NCBI GenBank assembly: GCA_963833425.1
Contig: CAWHXP010000014.1
Location: 1 to 64,000 of the forward strand
Direction of reading: 5' to 3'
Source of the DNA: an uncultured Methanosarcinaceae archaeon
Lineage (GTDB): Archaea > Halobacteriota > Methanosarcinia > Methanosarcinales > Methanosarcinaceae
DNA: 64,000 bases
Shown here: positions 56,025 to 64,000 of the stretch, one piece after another
How the letters are laid out: the number at the start of each line of letters is the position of its first letter
Position numbering within the stretch: the stretch's first letter is position 1
Position numbers and translations under genes: made by a program
The notes under the pieces: generated by a model
What the model was told of the DNA's origin: nothing
Database searches by the model: none
Seen by the model: the letters and a program-made list of their open reading frames with translations, nothing else

Positions 56025-56693
56025 TTAACGGATTCCTTCAGCTGTAATTCTAAAATCGGCACTTGAGCCTTCCGGAAGAGAGCGGTGTTTGTACAGAACA
56101 GCGCGTCTTGTTCCTTCACCTATTTTTTCCAGCTGGATAATTGCCTTTGATATGTGTTCTAAGGAACTTCCACCTAATGGACGCACTCCCCCTAAGATGA
56201 TATCGGAGTAGACTTGGTTGGTTATGACTGCAACAAAGCCGTGTTTGCGGGCCAATGCATGCAGAAATCCTATCTGGCTAGCAAGCTCTCTTCGGCTCTT
56301 CATACCTGTTTCTTCTTCTTCTAGCTCAAACCTATAGTATGAAGTTGCAGAGTCAAGGATCACGAGACCAATATTCTCACCCGCTATCTTCTCCACTTCT
56401 CTTACAGCCACATACTGTTCTTCAAAATTGAGGGGTTCAAAGATAATGATATTCCTCGCTATTTCCTTTGCCTTTTCTCCTGCAATTTGCTTAAAACGAA
56501 CAGCAGAAAGTCCTTCGGTATCTATAAAAATGACTTTCTGCCCCTGCTTTACACATTCCACTGCAAGCTGGATACAGATATTTGTTTTTCCGGTTCCTGC
56601 AGCTCCAAAGATTTGAGTTACAATTCCCTTCTCGAAACCTCCTCCCAGAAGTTCATCAAAGGATTTGCAGACGGAAGGCAATAGTTTCTCTAT
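56025..56693 (-). CDS. radB: DNA repair protein RadB; probable ATA start
   Basis: DELLGGG, GAAGTGKT, IDTEG, TNQV, C-terminal KHR motif. Confidence 0.92.
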   Translation of the reverse strand: MEKLLPSVCKSFDELLGGGFEKGIVTQIFGAAGTGKTNICIQLAVECVKQGQKVIFIDTEGLSAVRFKQIAGEKAKEIARNIIIFEPLNFEEQYVAVREVEKIAGENIGLVILDSATSYYRFELEEEETGMKSRRELASQIGFLHALARKHGFVAVITNQVYSDIILGGVRPLGGSSLEHISKAIIQLEKIGEGTRRAVLYKHRSLPEGSSADFRITAEGIR

Positions 56694-57779
56694 AGAATGA
56701 CACCTCTTTTTATACTTAACAGATGTATAATAATGGCCAATGATATTAACACTTTTTTGTAATCTTAATCTTCAATGCTTTTTTGTAATCTTTAATCTTC
56801 TCGGTGAAATTTAAAATTACATCTATAGAGATCAAGTATTTGCTACTACTCTACTCAAAATTATTGGAAACGCATTGGTATACCAGCTCAGTTCATCGAA
56901 ACCAGAAATTGTTGATTTTTGTTTGACCATATTTCTTCAATCTAGATTATTTTAAATTCTCTTTCAGTTTACTTTAAAATTTCTAAATATAGTGCTAATA
57001 TTGTGCAAGCGGTCACATTTTCAATTAGTCTATGATCTTAAAGTTTATAGTCCTAAAAATTTCTTATTATACATACGACTAAATATGCTGATGATGCTCA
57101 TTGTATTGATGCTGGCTATTTAAGCACAAAACATAAATTTGAAGATGCAAACATTTGGGACGAAAAAAAGTTTTGATTGAAAATAGTTTAATTGCTTTTC
57201 TACTGGAAGGAGCATCAAAAACAACAATCATATGGTACCTCTATGCACAACTAGATAGTCGAGCAATTTCAGGGAGTCGGATTCAATGAAATCTTGAACA
57301 AGTTGGGATCGAATACTTTTGATAGATCGCTTATTTTTTTGAGTACATTTTTGAGTTTATACAATTAATTGAGCTAGACGCTAAATTCTTTCTCTATTAA
57401 ATTCATTAAATAATTAAGTAATTATTTTACAGACTATGTCTTTTTTTAGTATCTTAATAATAAAAAAACTGGAGCTTTTTTTTGCAATCTTATGCATACC
57501 AAATAAAAAAAAGTACATGAATTGATTATGGTCCGGATATCTAATCCGCACTAAAATCTGGATAGTTCTCCGAAATAAAAAGCATAACCATCGAAGAACC
57601 TATGGAACTTGGTTTTCGAATTGGGTTAAATATAACAAATGCAACTGTAGAATAGTAAGTTTTTAGCATCTGCCTCTTCTCAGGAAAAGAAATTTTCATC
57701 ATCCAGACAAAGGCAACAAAATAAAATAAACTTTAAAAGATGTACTTTAGCCACGAAAATAATTTCTCATCTTGACTCA

Positions 57780-59486
57780 TTAAAGCCTTTTAAGCTGCTG
57801 ATTATATGCCTTTTCAATTCTCTGGATTGTATCCGCTTCTACTGGATCTTTATCATCTCTGATACGGATAAATCGGGGAAAACGAAGTGCAAAACCAGAG
57901 TTATAATTGGGGCTTTTTTGAATCTCTTCAAAGGCAATTTCCAGAACAATTTTAGGTCTTATAGCAAATACCCCACCCGCTTCTCCGCCGTCCATCAGTT
58001 CGGAAAGCATTTCTGTGAGCTCTTTTAGCTTTTCGTCATTCAAGCCTGTTCCAACCTTGCCAACTTGCAAAAAAGTAGAAGTTTCAGGGTCATAACAGGC
58101 AACAGTGTAAGAACCTATGAGGCTTGCACGCCTACCAAAGCCCCACTCAGCTCCAACTACTACAAGATCAAGGGTTTCCATCAGGGGTTTTTTCTTAAGC
58201 CAATTCTTACCGCGTTTACCAGGGGAATAAACCGAATTAGGATTTTTGACCATTACTCCCTCATGACCGGCTTTCAAGGCTTCCCTATAGATCTTTTCCA
58301 CAACCTCAAGGTCTCCAGTTATCACCTGCTTATCAACAGAAATGGACTTCGAATCTTCAGTTGAGCTTTCCACGCAGGACTCAAGCACCTTTCGTCGCTC
58401 ACTAAGAAGAAGGTCAATCAGTGTTCTGCCGTTCAAGTACATGATATCAAAGAGATTGAGCTGTATAGGGATTCCAAGTATTTTTTCCCCTACGTCGTAC
58501 TTACGACGGAAACGTTTAAGGATTTCCTGAAAAGCTCTTGGTTTTCCTTTTTCATCCACTGCAACAGCTTCCCCATCAAGAATTGCGTATTCGGCTTTCA
58601 CATGCTTTCGAATAATTTCGACAAGGTCTGGTAGGGAATTTGTGACATTTTCAAGTCTTCGTGAATAAATAGTAACCGAGTTTCCAGCTTTGTGGATCTG
58701 GACCCTTGCGCCGTCGAATTTCCATTCAATTGCAGCTTCTCTCATTTCCATTATATCCGCATCTATATCAGGACTAATCTGTGAGAGCATCATCTTTATG
58801 GGCCGATTGATTTCGATCCCCAGGCCTTTGAGATCTTGTATACCTCCTTTCTTTGCAGCTGCAGCAACTATTCCGAGGTCATTTGTGACCATAAAAGCGT
58901 GCTCTACCAAATCTACAGGGACGGAAAAGGCTTTTGCGATGGCATCCCTTAAAACTCCTTCCCCAACCCCTATACGGAGCTCTTCAAGTGCAAGCCTGGA
59001 GATATACTTTGCTTCCCTTGGGGTTGAGGAATTAAAAAGGAACTGAAGATTTTTGACCTTAACTTCCTGTGAACCTTTCCCTGAGGCTTCTGAAGCCGTC
59101 TTGAAGCGTTGGTAGACTTCCTCTATAGAGAGCTCGTGCTGCTCTTCGAGGAAAGAAGAAAAAGTGATCTGATTTTTTCGTTTTTCCTTCAGGATAAGAA
59201 GTGCAGTGTCTCCTATATCTCCTGTTGTACGGACAAGGGACTCTATACTTCTTATAGACATTCCGGAAGCTTTGGAAAGGGAAGCATACAAAAGGCTTGT
59301 GCCAATTCCAAGCTGCTCTCCACTCCAGTCAGGAAAAACCTCACTCATAATAAAATGAGTTGCAAGGGGAAGCTCTTCTACGCTGACATTCATAAGAAGA
59401 TCAGCGACCCTATTTGTAGTGTCTATAGTACTTGAAATTTTTTCAATTGCCTGGCAGGTTTCTGCAAATTCCCTGAAGCTCGTCAT
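57780..59486 (-). CDS. lig: ATP-dependent DNA ligase (primary)
   Basis: [34 protein letters not shown]. Confidence 0.96.
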   Translation of the reverse strand: MTSFREFAETCQAIEKISSTIDTTNRVADLLMNVSVEELPLATHFIMSEVFPDWSGEQLGIGTSLLYASLSKASGMSIRSIESLVRTTGDIGDTALLILKEKRKNQITFSSFLEEQHELSIEEVYQRFKTASEASGKGSQEVKVKNLQFLFNSSTPREAKYISRLALEELRIGVGEGVLRDAIAKAFSVPVDLVEHAFMVTNDLGIVAAAAKKGGIQDLKGLGIEINRPIKMMLSQISPDIDADIMEMREAAIEWKFDGARVQIHKAGNSVTIYSRRLENVTNSLPDLVEIIRKHVKAEYAILDGEAVAVDEKGKPRAFQEILKRFRRKYDVGEKILGIPIQLNLFDIMYLNGRTLIDLLLSERRKVLESCVESSTEDSKSISVDKQVITGDLEVVEKIYREALKAGHEGVMVKNPNSVYSPGKRGKNWLKKKPLMETLDLVVVGAEWGFGRRASLIGSYTVACYDPETSTFLQVGKVGTGLNDEKLKELTEMLSELMDGGEAGGVFAIRPKIVLEIAFEEIQKSPNYNSGFALRFPRFIRIRDDKDPVEADTIQRIEKAYNQQLKRL

Positions 59487-59554
59487 GGTCCACGCAGCTT
59501 TTCAATTTGATTGCTCACCTAATTTAGGGTTTCTAAAACCAAAATTATTATGCT

Positions 59555-60553
59555 CTACGAGTGCCCGTAAATTGCGATAAGATCGCTAAGAATCGCACTT
59601 GCTGTCTCAACAGGCCCGGCACCTTTACCAGTAACTGTAATTTCTCCTGCAAGTTCGGTGTATAAAGATGCAATATTTAGAGTACCTCCGACTGCAAGAG
59701 GGTGGTTGATAGGTACAAGCCTTGGGGCCACATCTATCCTTTCCCTGTTAACTTCGCCTATAAGTTTTATTGCATGCCCATTTTCATTAGCCATCTCCAG
59801 GGCTTCAGGAGTAATCTTTGTAATTCCTGTAACTTCAACATCCTTGTAAGTAGCATCGAGTTCGAAGATAGCATTTGCCAGAATTACTAGCTTACAGGCA
59901 GTATCAATCCCTTCAACATCGTATGTTGGATCGGTTTCTGCAATTCCGAGCTCAATTGACTCGGCAAGAATGTCAGTGTAACTTGCTCTTTCTTCCAACA
60001 TTCTTGTCAGGATGTAATTACAGGTTCCGTTTAGGATACCTTTGATACTTATAATCTTATTGCCTGCGAGAACTTCGTTTGCCAGATTAATGATTGGCAT
60101 TGAACCTCCAACTGTGGCTTCAAATCTGAACTTCGAACCGGCTGCTTTTGCAGCCATCATGAGTTCTCTATACTTAAGTGTAAGTGGACCTTTATTCGAG
60201 GTAATAAGTGACTTCTTAGTTTGAAAAGCTGCAAACATATTCTGGAGACCTATTCCGCCGGTTTTGATGTTTGTAGGAGTAGTCTCTATTACCAATTCAT
60301 GGTCTACAGACCTAATAACTTCTATTCCGCTAATATTCTCAAGGGCTACAGTGCCACTAATTCTCTTACGTGAAAGGCACTCTGCGAGGTTCAAACCTTC
60401 AGGATTGATGGTTGCACCCTTTGAGTCCACAACAGCAACTACTTTCACTTCTAACCCGATACTTTCAAGATACTCTTTCTTCATAAGAAGTACCTCGGCA
60501 ACCCCCTGTCCAATTGCACCGAATCCGAGAATGGAACAGGCTATCTTCTTCAT
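59555..60553 (-). CDS. hom: Homoserine dehydrogenase
   Basis: GFGAIG, TSNKGP, FEATVGG, GILNGTCNYIL, AETDPT.DVEG.D, GAG..ETASA. Confidence 0.95.
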   Translation of the reverse strand: MKKIACSILGFGAIGQGVAEVLLMKKEYLESIGLEVKVVAVVDSKGATINPEGLNLAECLSRKRISGTVALENISGIEVIRSVDHELVIETTPTNIKTGGIGLQNMFAAFQTKKSLITSNKGPLTLKYRELMMAAKAAGSKFRFEATVGGSMPIINLANEVLAGNKIISIKGILNGTCNYILTRMLEERASYTDILAESIELGIAETDPTYDVEGIDTACKLVILANAIFELDATYKDVEVTGITKITPEALEMANENGHAIKLIGEVNRERIDVAPRLVPINHPLAVGGTLNIASLYTELAGEITVTGKGAGPVETASAILSDLIAIYGHS

Positions 60554-60575
60554 ATTTTCAATCTCCTAAATTTTT

Positions 60576-61091
60576 TCAGGCCTGTATGTTTATTGGGAGT
60601 ATCATCAGCAGGTCTTTTTTTGCTGAAACTTCTTTTAGAATTTTGAGCGCCTTTTGCAAATCTTCTTTACTCACAGCATCGATTTTTATGAGGGCTGAAG
60701 AAAGTAGATTAATGCCAGGCATGGAGAGGGAAATGTCCACAACCTCAGCAAAACCAGTTTTGTCAATTTCATCGATTGTATCCCGGATTCCAGTATGTAC
60801 CACGTGCCCTATAAGGACCACATTTATGCTCTCCCTAAAACGATGTTCTCCAACTCTTACAACCCTGACCCCGTTTTCTTCAAGTTTCGCTTTTATAATT
60901 TCGATACTTTCGGGTTTAGTTTCAAGTACAAGCTGCACTGGTACTGTTTTTCGTGGGGTTCTTTTCTGATGGTGATGTAATACGGTTATCAGATTAGCTT
61001 TGCAGTCTGAAAGAGGCTGGAGGGCTAAAAGCATCTGCCCGGGCACATCTTTTAGTTCAATGTCCATGGAAATTCTCATGTTGTCCCTCAT
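60576..61091 (-). CDS. ACT-domain protein associated with hom
   Basis: ELKDVPGQ...ANLITVLH, VLIGHVVHT.I.DTID.ID; directly upstream of hom. Confidence 0.85.
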   Translation of the reverse strand: MRDNMRISMDIELKDVPGQMLLALQPLSDCKANLITVLHHHQKRTPRKTVPVQLVLETKPESIEIIKAKLEENGVRVVRVGEHRFRESINVVLIGHVVHTGIRDTIDEIDKTGFAEVVDISLSMPGINLLSSALIKIDAVSKEDLQKALKILKEVSAKKDLLMILPINIQA

Positions 61092-61589
61092 ACACTTTAA
61101 TATAATTTAATTACTATTCATCCTGGAAAAAAAGTATCAATAGCCATCTTTACTAATATCCGTTGAGTAAATTTCGGTTGGCTTATTTTGTTTATATGTT
61201 AGCTATTGATCATGTTTTTTATTTTTCCCTCGTTTAGTGGTCAGAAGAATCATCGAGTCAAAATAGGTTCAGCCAGCTGATTTTTGATAGACTGAATAAT
61301 TTAATAATTTCTTAAACTTAATCTCTTAGAGTAGAGTTCAATTACTTGGTATTTGCTACTAATATAGTTGAATCAAGTGACATTCTGTGAATGATCTTTA
61401 TTTTATAAGAAAGCTTTTTTGGGAATTTTTGGAAGCAAAAAGGGGGATTATTATGTACTTATCCCTATTTTTCAAATATTGTTTGACCTTTATTGCTGCT
61501 TAGTGGGTGAATTTGGATATATAGTTTGTGATTTACTTTTCATAAAAAAGATTGTATAAACTACCTCTTCCATCTTATTTTTGCCTACT

Positions 61590-62483
61590 TTAATCTTCTG
61601 TTTGTTTAGATACATGTTCATCAGGAATACGTATAATATTTCCTCTACCTCGTTTGAATTTTTCAATCAAGCCGCGTTCTTCCAGGTCTGACAGCATAAG
61701 GCTGACTTTGGATTCTGAGTATGGAGATTTTTTCCGAAGTTCTCTCTGGGTAATTCGGTTTCCGTTAGTCCGAATTAAATTCATAAGTTCCTTGAGATCC
61801 TCAGGGAGATTGATCTCGCGGTCCTCCTGAAGATCATCGACGTCTAAAGAGTTAGTTTCAGGCAACCTTGAACTTATTTCAAAAGTTTCATCAAGACTTT
61901 CTTCTTCGTCTATAGGACTCTCAGGTTGCAACGTTTTTGGTTCCGTGTTTACGTCCGGAAAACTATTTTTTATCACAAGAGGTTTTAGATATCTTTTTTT
62001 TATGAAATAGCCCGCTACTAAGAGAACGATTATGGAGACAAGGGGAATAGAAACGAAAAAATAATTCAGGGAGTTTGCTGTATCTACATTTTTTGTCTCA
62101 TCAAAACTCAAATTTGGAACTTCAAATCCACTCTGGTTCAGAAGTTCTTCGTTATATGTTGGAAATAGGAGAAGGTCATGCACATACTCTCCTTTATCTG
62201 AGATCACAACTTCCTCTTTAGCAGTATAAACGATGGTTTTTCCCTCAAAGTAATTCGCAGTTATCAAGTAAGTTCCAGGAGTAAGATTGAAGGAATAATT
62301 TGCACCCGTAGCAACAAAATTCTGTTCAGGAGTGGAGTTAATTTCAACAACTGCATTATCAAGAGGTTTGAAATTCTCCCATTCATATACAGTTCCGTGA
62401 ATTGTGGCTGCAAATGCATTTCCCTGAAAAGGCATGATGAAAAAGAAAATACAGGTGATCCTGTAAAGCTTTCTAAAATTCAC
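61590..62483 (-). CDS. Membrane-anchored protein: signal peptide, extracellular beta domain, TM, C-terminal winged HTH
   Basis: AATIHGTVY...YSFNLTPGTY.I.A, one TM, then LPEDL...I....RITQRELRK..PYSESKVSL.L.DLE.RGLIEK.KRGRGN. Confidence 0.85.
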   Translation of the reverse strand: MNFRKLYRITCIFFFIMPFQGNAFAATIHGTVYEWENFKPLDNAVVEINSTPEQNFVATGANYSFNLTPGTYLITANYFEGKTIVYTAKEEVVISDKGEYVHDLLLFPTYNEELLNQSGFEVPNLSFDETKNVDTANSLNYFFVSIPLVSIIVLLVAGYFIKKRYLKPLVIKNSFPDVNTEPKTLQPESPIDEEESLDETFEISSRLPETNSLDVDDLQEDREINLPEDLKELMNLIRTNGNRITQRELRKKSPYSESKVSLMLSDLEERGLIEKFKRGRGNIIRIPDEHVSKQTED

Positions 62484-63047
62484 GCATTGTTAAATGAGTT
62501 TTTAGCATAAATCTTTTGCTTTTCATTACAGAATTTTATAAAGCTAAAAGAAATATTCAAGCTTTATAAAGTAAATAAAGGTTTTATCAAGCTTGAATGT
62601 ATATATGCACATATATATTAAGATTATTCAAAAACGATTATTTTATCCAGGGAAGAATGCTAATATTTAGGAAAATATTAATATTTACCTCATCCTTGCA
62701 TACAATAGCAATAATGACTTACAAAAGGACACGATCAGATGAAAAAATAAAATTCATCCTATATTTTCTTACTTACGATCACATCAACATCATTTAGCAT
62801 GCTGTCAGAAAGAAATTTTACTGCCAAAGTTTTTCATGATTGTATGGAAACCAGAATTAATATCTTCGTGAATGTATCAGAATTTCATAAGATAATTAGA
62901 TTGATGATACCAATGGTACTCAGACTCTAAATTAGATCAAGAACGCTTCATAATAACCTAAGCGTAAAATATTAGAAAAGGGAAGGAATATTTAGAAGTA
63001 AAAAATTAACTCAGGAATAAAATCAGGATCTTAGGAATTAATCTAAA

Positions 63048-64000
63048 GAGAATTTCGATAACCTCCATGCTCTTGAGCATGGTTGACTTTAAATTTGTCA
63101 ATATTTATGTATATTCATGAAAACTTTTACTGATTTTGCTCTTAAAGAAGAGTATAAACGTTTTGAATCTGTTGGAGATAAGCTTGCTGAAATTGATTCC
63201 TTAATTGATTGGAAAACGTTTCGTATTATTCTTGAGTCTATGTATATTAACAAATCCTTTTCAGTAGGGAGACCTGAAACTGATGTAATTGTGATGTTCA
63301 AAATGCTTGTTTTACAACAATGGCATGGTCTCTCTGATTTTGAACTTGAGAAACAGTGTATAGATCGAATTTCTTTTAGGAAATTCCTTGGTTTTCCTGA
63401 ATACATACCTTACAGTACTACTGTATGGCTATTTAGGGAGAGAATTAGCGAGAATTTCAAAGAAAATATGGGGAAAGTTGCAAAGCCAACTTGATGCTCT
63501 GGGTTTACAGATAAAGCAGGGAATGATTCAGGATGTTACTTTTATCCATTCAGATCCAGGACATGCAAAAGCAGAGAGATGAGACAAAAAAAGAAGAAGC
63601 AGAGACTGAACATGGACAAAGAAGGAGGTAAGTCTCACTTTGGATATAAGCGTCATAATATAATAGAAGAGATTATGAGCTGATCAGAAGATTCAAACAA
63701 CAACTGCGTCAGTACATGATTCGTATGTAGATTTGACAGAGAAAAATGAAGTGGTTTATAGGGACAGAGGATACTTTGGAACAAAAACGGAAGGGTATAA
63801 TGCATCAATGAAAAGAACAGTCAAAGGACATACGCTGGGAATAAAGGATATATTAAGAAATAAGATCATTAGCTCAAAAAGATTCCAAGGGGAAAGAGTT
63901 TATTCAGTAACGAAAGAAATTTTCAAAGCAGGAAGAGTTTTTGTTACTACTGTTAAAAGAGTAAATCTAAAAATGTTGTGTACGGCTTTTTATTATAATC
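63048..64000 (+). mobile_element. IS5-family element, second defective copy (truncated by window edge)
   Basis: Left IR GAGAATTTCGATAACC; highly similar to 4236-5369; multiple frameshifts. Confidence 0.92.

Noticed and set aside
11363..59557. TAG stops of mmp11, lon and hom as possible pyrrolysine readthrough
   Set aside because: Each protein is already full length at the TAG; lon has a TAA two codons later; three of about 33 stops is too few to interpret

Overview
Archaeal DNA, very likely Methanosarcina (GFPP synthase, methanogenesis marker 11, RadB, archaeal DNA ligase, Methanosarcina-type IS ends). Intact genes cover only about half of the window by my count (~33 of 64 kb). The rest is AT-rich DNA with recognisable pseudogenes (bioB, thiolase, DUF35, Mrr-like nuclease, pentapeptide protein), dead IS5, IS6, IS110 and TnpB elements, and three short MITE families. 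Intact content includes: radical SAM plus GFPP synthase, YfcE phosphoesterase, RimI, UPF0058, an IorA-like subunit, Mmp11, a hydantoinase-HDAC pair, PolX-PHP behind a frameshifted second DNA ligase, marR-lon, mtnA, ino1, radB, lig and hom. Most notable: (1) an Arn/Gtr-like lipid-linked amino-sugar cassette (rmlA, wecE, methyltransferase, wbqC, GT2, two small flippases) flanked by two GT-C-like membrane proteins, with a decayed thiolase-DUF35 pair inside it; (2) three genes whose best-placed start codon is ATT or ATA; (3) a duplicated 21-bp palindromic operator before marR and lon; (4) an uncharacterised paralogous gene pair with a near-identical promoter, one copy bracketed by two MITEs. No tRNA, rRNA or CRISPR array was recognised.
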